DNA of 64,000 nucleotides, from NCBI GenBank assembly GCA_023267275.1, contig JAHFNO010000006.1, forward strand, positions 9,519 through 73,518. Direction: 5' to 3'. This document shows, in pieces, positions 28,330-37,631 of the stretch (its first letter is position 1; the number at the start of each line of letters is the position of its first letter). The position numbers were made by a program, and so were the translations under genes. Under the pieces are notes generated by a model. It did no database searches, was not told where the DNA came from, and saw only the letters and a program-made list of their open reading frames with translations. Source of the stretch: Candidatus Nomurabacteria bacterium (GTDB taxonomy: Bacteria > Patescibacteriota > Minisyncoccia > Phycocordibacterales > UBA9973).

Positions 28330-28872
28330 ATGGAAAATCAAAATGTTCCACCATTGACGCTTGTTCCTCGTGTTATTGATGAGGAGACAGAAAAATGGCT
28401 TAAAAAATGGATAGAGTATATTAAAAATGTTTCTCCACGGATTCTCATTTCATCAATATTAGATGAGGATTTTAAGGAAAGAAGAAGATTGTTGATGGAA
28501 AGTATCCATCTGTATTTATGTGATGGCGACCCTAACGACACTTCAACAATTACAAATCTTAACGAGAATGACATATTATTTTTTCTCGCCATCAATCTTG
28601 CTCTTGGTGCAGAACCCCAAAAATATGCATTTAAGGATATTTGCATTTTTTGTTCAAAAGATAGGGCATTTTTTACTAAATACGAAGGATTCGATTTTGA
28701 AAACGAAAAATTTTTTCTAGGACACCGTCCAGAGGATGAGGACGAACATTGGTCTTCCTCATATTGCCACGATGTTATTTTTAATAAGTGGGAAGTTATA
28801 CTTCCTATGTTTATCAACAGATTCGCTGAGGAGTGGAAAGAAAAAGTACCACCATTTCCCGGTACACAATGA
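28330..28872 (+). CDS. Hypothetical protein
   Basis: 180-aa ORF; its TGA stop lies inside the 154-bp repeat copy 2. Confidence 0.7.
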   Translation: MENQNVPPLTLVPRVIDEETEKWLKKWIEYIKNVSPRILISSILDEDFKERRRLLMESIHLYLCDGDPNDTSTITNLNENDILFFLAINLALGAEPQKYAFKDICIFCSKDRAFFTKYEGFDFENEKFFLGHRPEDEDEHWSSSYCHDVIFNKWEVILPMFINRFAEEWKEKVPPFPGTQ

Positions 28873-29019
28873 ATTACCCCGAGCTTACGCTCGGGGTATC
28901 TTATATAGAAATACAGCAAAGCTGTATTTCCTTGTGTCCAGAGAGCCCAGGACACAAGAACTCGCTGCATCACGCGACCTTACGGTCGCGGTATTGGGTG
29001 GAAGCCCAGCGTAATAAAA
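28866..29019. mobile_element. 154-bp multi-hairpin element, copy 2
   Basis: Identical to 12704-12857; followed by terminator aaaaacggtttgcgc-taa-gcgcaaaccgttttt. Confidence 0.75.
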
Positions 29020-29093
29020 AACGGTTTGCGCTAAGCGCAAACCGTTTTTCTTTTTGTATTTTTCTAGAAACTAGACCCTAGAACCTGCCATCA

Positions 29094-30788
29094 CTATTCT
29101 TCCGTGAGGTCGACCACTGACTGCACTTCTTCGATTGAAGTAATTCCTGAGAGAATTTTTACTACACCGTCTTCTTGCATATTAAATATTCCTTGTGTGT
29201 TGGCGACGCGCTTGATTTCGCGTTCACTCGGATTTGTCGGAATAATTTTCTCGATTGCCTCATCTGTTTTGATTGCTTCAAAAATTCCGATACGTCCTTT
29301 AAATCCTGTGCCACTACACTGATCACAACCAGGAGCAGTGTAGAGTTTGATCGGCATATCTGCGGTGAGTTTGTAAGCAGCAAGATCTTTTCCTGCGTCG
29401 CTCGCACCTTTCAAAATTTTCCGAAGCAATGTTTCTTCTTCTGGTTTTATTGGTCGCTCAACTTTACAGTTTGGGCACAATTTTCGCACAAGGCGTTGTG
29501 CCATTGAGAGCGAGAGAGCAGAGACAAGAATTTTTGGATTGACGTCGAGGTCGATGAGGCGGGGGATAACACCAGCAGCATTGTTGGTATGCAATGTTGA
29601 GAACACAATGTGTCCGGTGAGCGCCGATTCCACCGCGATTTTTGCTGTTTCTCCATCACGAATTTCTCCCACCATGATTACATCAGGATCTTGACGCAGT
29701 GCACCACGCAGTCCTTCCAAAAAAGAATAGCCTGGTTCTACTTGTGTTTGAATGATACCCGGCAAATGGTATTCCACTGGATCTTCAATGGTGATGATTT
29801 TTATTTCCGGAGAATAAATTTTGCGCAAGAATGCGTAGAGTGTTGTTGTCTTTCCACTTCCTGTCGGACCGGTAATGAGAATAAGTCCATTTGGTTTTCG
29901 GATTTCTGCATCGATGACGGAAAAGAGGCGTGGTTCAATACCGATATTTGCGAGATCTACCTGAATCGATTTTGGATCAAGAATACGCATCACGATGGAT
30001 TCGCCGTATTCTCCTGGCACAGTAGAAGTACGCATAGAAATTTCCACGCCGTCGAGAATAACACTGAAGCGACCATCCTGCGCGCGAGTGACAATGGTGA
30101 GTTTGAGTCCGGCAACGAGTTTGATGCGCGAGTTCAAAAGGTGATAGAACTTGGGATCAAGAAAAAGAATATCTTGCAGCACACCATCGAGACGATAGCG
30201 CACACGCATGCGTTTTTCTTCTGGCTCGATGTGCACGTCGGAACACTGAAGCGAGATTGCGCCGGCAAGAATCACTTCAAGCAAGTGTGAGGTCGTATGT
30301 ATTTCGTGTGCGGCGGTGATTTGGTCGACGAGTGTTTTGACATCGGCCATTGTTTTGATTTTTTTCTGCAGATCAAGCAATGTATCGCTTGAAACTTCAA
30401 GACCTCCACGACGTGATTCTTCGGCAAAAGAAATTTCTTTGTAGCGCGCCCATGCTCGCTCGAGCGAGGCATGACTTGCCATGTAGGGAATAGCTTTGAA
30501 TCCTTTGCGTCCCAAATCTTCGAGATATGCTTTTGTTGCGTCATCTTCTGGTGAGAGTACGGCAACATGTGCTTCTTTTCCAAAAATTTTAAATGGAGCC
30601 ACCATTATTTTGCGTGCCTCGGCCTCGTCGATGAGGCGAAGTGCCTCATTTTGCACTGCAGTTGTAGACAAATCGACGTACGGAATGCCATATCTGTTGC
30701 TTGCAAGCACGGAAGCGAGCGCTTCCTCTTCTTGGGCTCGATATTCTTCTACTTTTTTATCAATTTTGTCGTCGTAATCCTGGGGCAT
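29094..30788 (-). CDS. pilB: Type IV pilus assembly ATPase, PilB/GspE family
   Basis: SDVHIEP, RYRLDGVL, QDGRF, GPTGSGKTTT, TIEDPVEY, LRQDPDVIMVGEIRD, STLHTN, CPNC..CDQC Zn motif. Confidence 0.92.
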   Translation of the reverse strand: MPQDYDDKIDKKVEEYRAQEEEALASVLASNRYGIPYVDLSTTAVQNEALRLIDEAEARKIMVAPFKIFGKEAHVAVLSPEDDATKAYLEDLGRKGFKAIPYMASHASLERAWARYKEISFAEESRRGGLEVSSDTLLDLQKKIKTMADVKTLVDQITAAHEIHTTSHLLEVILAGAISLQCSDVHIEPEEKRMRVRYRLDGVLQDILFLDPKFYHLLNSRIKLVAGLKLTIVTRAQDGRFSVILDGVEISMRTSTVPGEYGESIVMRILDPKSIQVDLANIGIEPRLFSVIDAEIRKPNGLILITGPTGSGKTTTLYAFLRKIYSPEIKIITIEDPVEYHLPGIIQTQVEPGYSFLEGLRGALRQDPDVIMVGEIRDGETAKIAVESALTGHIVFSTLHTNNAAGVIPRLIDLDVNPKILVSALSLSMAQRLVRKLCPNCKVERPIKPEEETLLRKILKGASDAGKDLAAYKLTADMPIKLYTAPGCDQCSGTGFKGRIGIFEAIKTDEAIEKIIPTNPSEREIKRVANTQGIFNMQEDGVVKILSGITSIEEVQSVVDLTEE

Positions 30789-30991
30789 ATAATTTTTTAT
30801 TGGTTTGGAATTTCACCCTTTAAATACAAGGTGAAAATGAGTTTGTAAGAAGTACTTGTATAGTATAGCGCATAACGAAGCGAGAGGCGATAGACCCCTT
30901 GACTTTTTTCTCAATCTGGTGTAAAATATATTCGAAAATTATATTTATTCTTTAATAAAAAAACAAACAAAAACCATAAAAAACGTAGCTT

Positions 30992-32452
30992 ATGAAGCAG
31001 ATTTTGTTATTCGCCATCTGTGTGATGGTAAGTTTTTTTGCAAATGCAAAAAAAAGGCCGTATGCTGGCCATGTTTACAAACATACGAAACAAGAAATTG
31101 TATCGTGTGCAGATCTGGATTCAGGTCTGACAGATAAAAAATTTTTTACACACCATGCAAGAGGCTGGAACAAGAATCTTGATTCAGTGGCTCTGGTTAC
31201 AAACGGGGAAATAACATCGGAAGGTGTCTATATTCCCGTAGTTGGTGGTGAAAAAAAATTTCTTCATTATGTCGATGTAAACGACATGAAAGAAATATTC
31301 AGTCTTTCCCGAGTGGTTTCCAGCAAAAATATTACGACTGTTATGACCTCTGCTTGGATTTTTGAAGAGCCAGGTTATATCTTTTTTGAAAGGCGATTGC
31401 GTAAGATCAAAATTCCCGAAAAAAAAGATTCTGTTAGTGAAAGTTTTTTAGCAGAAAGTATTGGCGAGTTCTATAAAATACCGGAACTTAACACAATATT
31501 GTTTCTTTTTTGCGGTGATATTTGCTTGAACCCGAATGTTTTGCCAATTTTTCTTCAACCAGAAAAAGTAGAAAAAATGGAGGAAAACCGGCCGTCAAAA
31601 GAGGTAGTACGCGAGAACGTTGAAGATGTGGAAAATATTGAGGATGACAATCAAACCGTGATTGTTAAAAAAGAAACAATTGTCATCGAGTCACAAAACC
31701 CAGCGTATTCAGGAGTGTCTTATGGAGCGTCATCCTATTTGTCGTTTGGTTTGGGTGTGGGTTTGTATTGTGGAGTGTCGAGCACGTACGGTATTTCGTA
31801 TCCGTTTAACTATGGATATCAATATCCACCGTGTTATTACTCAGCATGTTCAAACGGTAGTTATTCTCCGTCTTCAACTACGGTAAATAACAATTTTTAC
31901 AACACGTATGTGGCTAGCACCACAACTCGTGACCATGGTGTTACGCAAAACAGCCCCGGTGTAAATGGGGGAATTCATGGTGTGACACCCAATGGTCATA
32001 GTAATGGCGGAGGTCACAACATTACTCCTGGTGGAAATAATAACAGTGGAAGCCATTCCGGTTTACCCAATGGCTCCGCCGATGGTGGAAACCATGGGAT
32101 CTCACCAAAACCAGGACGTACGAATCGCTCGCTTGCTTCAAATTCGAATCAGAGGCATTATGCGAGTAATGAAAGGCATGGACTGGGACGAGCTCTGTTT
32201 GGCCCATCTCGCTCGCATGGTGACTATGTTCATAGTAACCAGCGCTCTCAAGGAAGAAATTATGGTGGCGGACAGCCGCAAAATTATTCCAATAATGGAA
32301 GAAGTTTTGCAGGTGGAGGCAATGGCGGTCAACGCCAACAGCCAGTAATGATGCAACCACAAAATCGTGGCGGAGGCGGTGGTGTACAACGTATGTCTGC
32401 TCCAGCGCCACAAAGCCGTGGCGGAAATTATGGTGGCGGAGGACGTCGCTAA
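30992..32452 (+). CDS. Secreted hypothetical protein with Tyr/Gly-rich linker and Gly/Asn/Arg-rich disordered tail
   Basis: Signal peptide, 486 aa, own TTGACT..TAAAAT promoter. Confidence 0.7.
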   Translation: MKQILLFAICVMVSFFANAKKRPYAGHVYKHTKQEIVSCADLDSGLTDKKFFTHHARGWNKNLDSVALVTNGEITSEGVYIPVVGGEKKFLHYVDVNDMKEIFSLSRVVSSKNITTVMTSAWIFEEPGYIFFERRLRKIKIPEKKDSVSESFLAESIGEFYKIPELNTILFLFCGDICLNPNVLPIFLQPEKVEKMEENRPSKEVVRENVEDVENIEDDNQTVIVKKETIVIESQNPAYSGVSYGASSYLSFGLGVGLYCGVSSTYGISYPFNYGYQYPPCYYSACSNGSYSPSSTTVNNNFYNTYVASTTTRDHGVTQNSPGVNGGIHGVTPNGHSNGGGHNITPGGNNNSGSHSGLPNGSADGGNHGISPKPGRTNRSLASNSNQRHYASNERHGLGRALFGPSRSHGDYVHSNQRSQGRNYGGGQPQNYSNNGRSFAGGGNGGQRQQPVMMQPQNRGGGGGVQRMSAPAPQSRGGNYGGGGRR

Positions 32453-32588
32453 GTTTAGTTTTTTAAAAAAAGTATCAACCCGAAGTTTTTTGCAAAACAA
32501 AAAACTTCGGGCACTATTTAAATCTTTAATGAGAGTTGAGGATTTAACGGTGCGTTCGAAACACCTACATTATAAAAATATTATTAGT

Positions 32589-35216
32589 ATGAAAAATAAT
32601 TATATGAAAAAAATATATTCATTCGCCTTCGGCTTGCTTATGCTTGCCGGCTTTGTTGTATCTGCACCAGTTGCACATGCTGCATTCAATGACGGTTCGC
32701 TCGGTTCAGATTGTCCAACACTCACTGTTGGCCATGCTCTTTCTGATGGTTGTGCAGGTCTTAGTACCACAGCAACTCCAGGATCTACTGTAAACGTAGT
32801 TTTTTACATTCATAACACCAATGTAAATTCTGCTGACAATGTTGTGCTCCGTCTTTCACCACAGTCTGCAAGTTCTACAACTTCACAGACTTTTTCTGGA
32901 AGTATTACATCAAGTAATGCAGGCAGTACTTCAGGTTCTGCTTCAGTAACTATCAGTTCACCAGCATCGCTTTCATTCAATTCTGCACAGTGGTATACAG
33001 ACAAGAACAGCTACACCACTCCACTTCCGAATGGACAGACTGGTTCTGAAATTTTTGGTAGTGGTCTCAATCTCGGATCAATTCCAGGATATGGAACTTG
33101 TGCCTATGTTGGTGGCGTACGCGACGTATTTTGTCACCAGGGATGGTTGCTCGTTTCGTTCAACGTTTCTGGTACAACCTCAGCTCTCTGTAAAATAAAC
33201 TCATTCACTTCAAGTGCAGGTACAGGCACGATTCCATCTGGATCAAGTGCAACACTTTCTTGGGATGCACCAAACTGTAATCAGTTCTTGCTCTCGGGCG
33301 GAATATTTAACACCACTCCAGCTGGTTCTGGTGTAAGTACTGGTGCGTTGTTTCAAACAACCCCATACACACTCACTGCAATCGGCTCAAATGGTATGCG
33401 CGATACTGCGGTTACCACTGTAAATGTTGGAACAGTTTCTACTGCGTGTTATATCAACAATTTTTCTACAAGTACTCCAACAGTAACTACTGGCGGATAT
33501 GCCACACTCAATTGGAATTCAAATTGTGCGACGGTTACAATTACTGGTCCAAACGCACCAGCAACCTCAAATCCAAATGGTCCAATTACCGTTGGTCCAC
33601 TCTACAGTGCAACAAACACATATAGTATTGTTGGTTACAGCACTTCTGGTCTTTCAACTACAGCTACGCCAGTCACCGTGTATGTAAATACAATCGCAAA
33701 CAACTGTACTGCAAACCTTTCTGCAAATCAGACTTGGGTTTCAAGTGGAATGTCAACAGCACTTACTTGGACAAGTTCAGGTTGTACGTATGTAACAGTT
33801 TCTGGTCCAAACGGAACACTTTCTTCTGGAGCAATGTATGGAACTGTCCAGACTCCTGCAATCTATGGACCAACAGTATTCAATCTTGTTGCGGGTGGTA
33901 CAAACACCGTCAATCAATCAGTTACTGTTTCTGTAAACAATAATCAGACAGGAACAACTCCTGTAGTTTCAACCTATGCAGCAACAGGTGCTGTAGGTAC
34001 TACTGCAACACTCAATGGGTACATTAGTACAAATAATAGTTGTGGATGGCCATACTACTTGTGTGGTTCTTCATACACAAATTATTATTTCCAGTACGGA
34101 ACAAGTCAGTACGCACTCACCATGCAGACTCCTACACAGTCATTCACTCAAAATTCAGGATCTGTATCTGCGTATGTAACAAACTTGCAGCCAAATACAA
34201 CATATTATTTCCAACTTATCGGTTCAAATAGTAATGGTCTTGGATACGGTGGAATTCTTTCATTTAATACATATGGAAATGCATACGTACCAATCACTGC
34301 CATTACATCTGTTGCAACCAATGTTGTTTCAAGCTCAGCTCGTCTCAATGGTGTAGTTACAGCTCCACAAGGAGCAACAAACGTGACTGCTCACTTTGAG
34401 TATGGAATCAGTACAATGCTCGCTCTTCGTACAAACGATCAGATTGTTTCTGGTAATGGTGCGACAAACTACTTCGATACAGTGAATACATTGCCAAATA
34501 CAACCTACTACTACCGCATCGTTGGAATTTCAGGAGGACAAGCATATTACGGAGCAACTGTTTCGTTTACGACACCAGCAGCTGACACCGGTACTGTTGT
34601 TGTTACTCATGTAACTTCTGGAACAGGAAATGGTTCAGCATATGTTTCGCTTTCAATCACTGACCAATCACAAAACGTGTACCCTGGCGATACAATCAAT
34701 TACCTTGTTTCGTACCAAAACATTTCAAAAGTTACACTTAGCAACGCCGTGCTCAATGTTATCTTGCCAACAGGTGTGACATTCCGTCAGTCATCACAAG
34801 GTGTGCTTACAACAAACAACACTGTTGCGGTAACGCTTGGAACACTCATCCCAGCACAACAGGGAACAGTTTCAATCACCGCTGTTGCTGATCAGGGTAT
34901 TGCCGCTGGAAACAATTTTGTAACCACTGCAACACTCGCATTTACAACACCTTCAACCGCACAAGATAGTGCAATCGCATATGTATTGAACAACACAGGA
35001 TCACAAAATAGTCTTGCTGGTCTTGCGCTCTTTGGAACAGGATTCTTCCCAAATTCATTCTTTGGTTGGATTATCCTTCTCCTTCTTGTTCTCATCCTTG
35101 CTCTCATCGCACGATACTTCTATCATCGCGCAAATGAATCAAAGGCCGCTGTACAGCAACCAACGTACAACAACGGAGGACATGGTTCATACCCAAACAA
35201 CAATTTGCCTCACTAA
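32589..35216 (+). CDS. Large surface protein with Ig/PKD-like repeats, FN3-like domains, DUF11 and C-terminal TM anchor
   Basis: Signal peptide (..VAHA-A), ATLxW repeats, LQPNTTYYFQL and LPNTTYYYRI, PGDTINYLVSYQN..LPTGVTF, C-terminal TM; start 32589 or 32604. Confidence 0.85.
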   Translation: MKNNYMKKIYSFAFGLLMLAGFVVSAPVAHAAFNDGSLGSDCPTLTVGHALSDGCAGLSTTATPGSTVNVVFYIHNTNVNSADNVVLRLSPQSASSTTSQTFSGSITSSNAGSTSGSASVTISSPASLSFNSAQWYTDKNSYTTPLPNGQTGSEIFGSGLNLGSIPGYGTCAYVGGVRDVFCHQGWLLVSFNVSGTTSALCKINSFTSSAGTGTIPSGSSATLSWDAPNCNQFLLSGGIFNTTPAGSGVSTGALFQTTPYTLTAIGSNGMRDTAVTTVNVGTVSTACYINNFSTSTPTVTTGGYATLNWNSNCATVTITGPNAPATSNPNGPITVGPLYSATNTYSIVGYSTSGLSTTATPVTVYVNTIANNCTANLSANQTWVSSGMSTALTWTSSGCTYVTVSGPNGTLSSGAMYGTVQTPAIYGPTVFNLVAGGTNTVNQSVTVSVNNNQTGTTPVVSTYAATGAVGTTATLNGYISTNNSCGWPYYLCGSSYTNYYFQYGTSQYALTMQTPTQSFTQNSGSVSAYVTNLQPNTTYYFQLIGSNSNGLGYGGILSFNTYGNAYVPITAITSVATNVVSSSARLNGVVTAPQGATNVTAHFEYGISTMLALRTNDQIVSGNGATNYFDTVNTLPNTTYYYRIVGISGGQAYYGATVSFTTPAADTGTVVVTHVTSGTGNGSAYVSLSITDQSQNVYPGDTINYLVSYQNISKVTLSNAVLNVILPTGVTFRQSSQGVLTTNNTVAVTLGTLIPAQQGTVSITAVADQGIAAGNNFVTTATLAFTTPSTAQDSAIAYVLNNTGSQNSLAGLALFGTGFFPNSFFGWIILLLLVLILALIARYFYHRANESKAAVQQPTYNNGGHGSYPNNNLPH

Positions 35217-35289
35217 GGAACCCAGGCGTTAGGAAATACAACACACGGGGCGCTTTCCAGAGGAAAGCGCCCCGTGCTAGTATTCGGAT

Positions 35290-35315
35290 GTCATCCTGAA
35301 CTTGATTCAGGATCC
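35290..35315 (+). repeat. 26-bp REP-like palindrome GTCATCCTGAACTTGATTCAGGATCC, copy 1
   Basis: Exact reverse-complement copy at 62271-62296. Confidence 0.8.
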
Positions 35316-35331
35316 TGGTCTTGAATTTATT

Positions 35332-35778
35332 ATGCAAAAAACATTTTCAAAAACCGAAATCCCAAAAATCGCCAAGGCGATTTTGGCCTCCCTAAAACCT
35401 AAAACTAAACACCAAACAGCTGGTGGTGCAACTGTAATCACACTCTCCGGCGAGCTCGGAGCAGGGAAGACCACACTCACGCAAACAATCGCTCGTGACC
35501 TTGGCGTGAAAGAGAACGTGATTTCTCCTACCTTTGTGATTATGAAAAGCTACAAGATTGTTGATTCGAGATTTAAAACACTCGTTCATATCGACGCATA
35601 TCGTCTCGATTCTGCAAAAGAACTTGAGCGACTTGGATGGGCTGCATTAATCGCCGACCCAGAAAATTTAATTCTCATTGAATGGCCGGAGCGAGTACCC
35701 GAAGCTATCCCAGCAACCGCACACAAGGTTTTTCTCTCTCATAAAAACGAGGACGAACGCGAAATTCGATTCGTGTAA
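35332..35778 (+). CDS. tsaE: tRNA threonylcarbamoyladenosine biosynthesis ATPase TsaE
   Basis: LSGELGAGKTT, SPTFVI, HIDAYRL, LIEWPE. Confidence 0.96.
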   Translation: MQKTFSKTEIPKIAKAILASLKPKTKHQTAGGATVITLSGELGAGKTTLTQTIARDLGVKENVISPTFVIMKSYKIVDSRFKTLVHIDAYRLDSAKELERLGWAALIADPENLILIEWPERVPEAIPATAHKVFLSHKNEDEREIRFV

Positions 35779-35856
35779 TGTGCTTGTAACATTCTGTATT
35801 TGTGCTATTTTGAAGGGGATAATTGGATTTTCAACTTCTTTTAAATATATATAGTT

Positions 35857-36357
35857 ATGAAAGATGCATCAGGAATTTTTTTCGAACCAGGCAAGTGGTC
35901 TGAGTTTAAAAAATATAATTCATCGGTTGTGTATAAGATAAACAACATATATGAACTTGTTTTTGCCGTTGATCAATTTGTCTTTTTTAAGGACGATACT
36001 AAAGATAGTAAAACAGGAATAATAGATATTCCTCACCTCGGAGAAATAAAAAAATCACTTCTTATCGCTTTTCTTGAAAAGAATCCGGACATCGCAGAGA
36101 AGGAAGGAATTATTTTTCAAAAAAGAGAAATTAAAGAGAAGCTCGATCTCTTTGGCTATAAAGATTCAACCAACAGTAATCTTTTAAGTCGGAGTGTTGT
36201 TGTGAAAGGAGTTGGTATGCCAGTGTTTGGTTTTACCTCTTTCATAAAGTTTCATTTATTAAATGAAGAGCAATTTCAAATACTCACCGACCTTGCTCGA
36301 AAAAATGAAATACAATACATCTATAATTTTCTAATCAAATTACTCTATCTTCAATAA
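35857..36357 (+). CDS. Hypothetical protein
   Basis: 166-aa AT-rich ORF followed by hairpin aaaaccaggc-ata-gcctggtttt. Confidence 0.65.
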   Translation: MKDASGIFFEPGKWSEFKKYNSSVVYKINNIYELVFAVDQFVFFKDDTKDSKTGIIDIPHLGEIKKSLLIAFLEKNPDIAEKEGIIFQKREIKEKLDLFGYKDSTNSNLLSRSVVVKGVGMPVFGFTSFIKFHLLNEEQFQILTDLARKNEIQYIYNFLIKLLYLQ

Positions 36358-36436
36358 AACCAGGCATAGCCTGGTTTTTGTTTTGACTTTCCTAAAAAAT
36401 ATTGTAGTATAACCTCAAACAAATTTTTTAAAAAAA

Positions 36437-37564
36437 ATGAAAAAGATATTAGGTATTAAATTTACGGTAACGACAATTATATCCGTAGGATGTTTTCTCG
36501 CGGCCGTAATTATCGGCCTAACGTGTCTTGCAGGAAAAATTTTTTTCAAGACAGAAGATTCAGTATATATAACCCAGTATGTCTGGTTGGGGTATATGGC
36601 TTTTATTTTTTTATTTATAGCCATTATTGTTCCTTTGTTTAGAAGGCTTTGGGTATATTTGAGAATAAAACACAATCCATTGCTCAGAAAGCTGTGGATG
36701 TACTCAAAAATTACACCCTTATTTAGGAGGTTGTTGATGTATTTGAGAATCAAACATAATCCGATTGATGGTCTTGCAACAATATTGCTTGCAGTATTTT
36801 CTTCCATACCACTTGTTTTTTTGTGGTGGATAACTTTTTTTCTTTTAAAAAGGTATCCAATAGGTAAATACAAAATAGTAAGATTTACTTGCAGGGTTAC
36901 AACTATTCTTATCGGAGCGTTTGTATTTATTCATGGTAAACGTGATAAAAATGCACCCTTTGTGATTGCTCCGCACACAGCGTGGCTTGATTACTTGCTC
37001 GGCATACTTATTATGGATGAAGATGAACTATTTAATATTGTATCTGGGATCAATCTAAGCGATCTAAAACTGCAAAAAACAAAACCAACATTTTGGGATA
37101 AATGTATTGCAATTACAATCGGGAGATTGGTGAGGGATTATTCAATACCGATTGATAGAGATGATGAAGAGTCTCGCAAAAGGGTGGCATTGCGAATTAT
37201 TCGTGATGTAAAAGATGGAAGAAGTATTATGCTGTATCCCGAGGGTACACGAATGCTTAAATCTAAAATTAAACAAGGTGTTCTATTGCAAGATTTTCAG
37301 GACGGAATATTTCGAATTGCATTCGAGATAAAAAAACCTATCCAACCCGTTGTGTTTATTTGGCCAGTTATGTGGCGAGGAAAAGGAGATGATTGGTGGG
37401 GTGTTCATCCTGGTCGCACAGACTTGTATTACTTACCTCCAATAAATCCTTGCGAATATGAAAATTACGAAGAATTTCGTGATGCCTGCTGGAATGCAAT
37501 GTATGAAAAACTAAAATCTTCAAAAAAAGTGCAACGTTTTGTAAAAGAATTACAAGTAAATTAG
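36437..37564 (+). CDS. Lysophospholipid acyltransferase (PlsC family) with extended membrane N-terminus
   Basis: Catalytic HxxxxD (PHTAWLD), IPIDR, YPEGTR, FQDGIF, PIQPV. Confidence 0.85.
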   Translation: MKKILGIKFTVTTIISVGCFLAAVIIGLTCLAGKIFFKTEDSVYITQYVWLGYMAFIFLFIAIIVPLFRRLWVYLRIKHNPLLRKLWMYSKITPLFRRLLMYLRIKHNPIDGLATILLAVFSSIPLVFLWWITFFLLKRYPIGKYKIVRFTCRVTTILIGAFVFIHGKRDKNAPFVIAPHTAWLDYLLGILIMDEDELFNIVSGINLSDLKLQKTKPTFWDKCIAITIGRLVRDYSIPIDRDDEESRKRVALRIIRDVKDGRSIMLYPEGTRMLKSKIKQGVLLQDFQDGIFRIAFEIKKPIQPVVFIWPVMWRGKGDDWWGVHPGRTDLYYLPPINPCEYENYEEFRDACWNAMYEKLKSSKKVQRFVKELQVN

Positions 37565-37631
37565 TAAAAAGTCCGTACCGAGATAATCGGCCGGACTTTT
37601 TTATTTATCTCAATCCGCGTATACTTTCACC

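Noticed and set aside
28338-28973. 211-aa minus-strand ORF
   Set aside because: Antisense shadow of 28330-28872, starting inside the repeat.
32367-32588. N-terminal extension of the 949-aa ORF
   Set aside because: Overlaps the previous gene and a hairpin; the signal peptide begins at 32589/32604.
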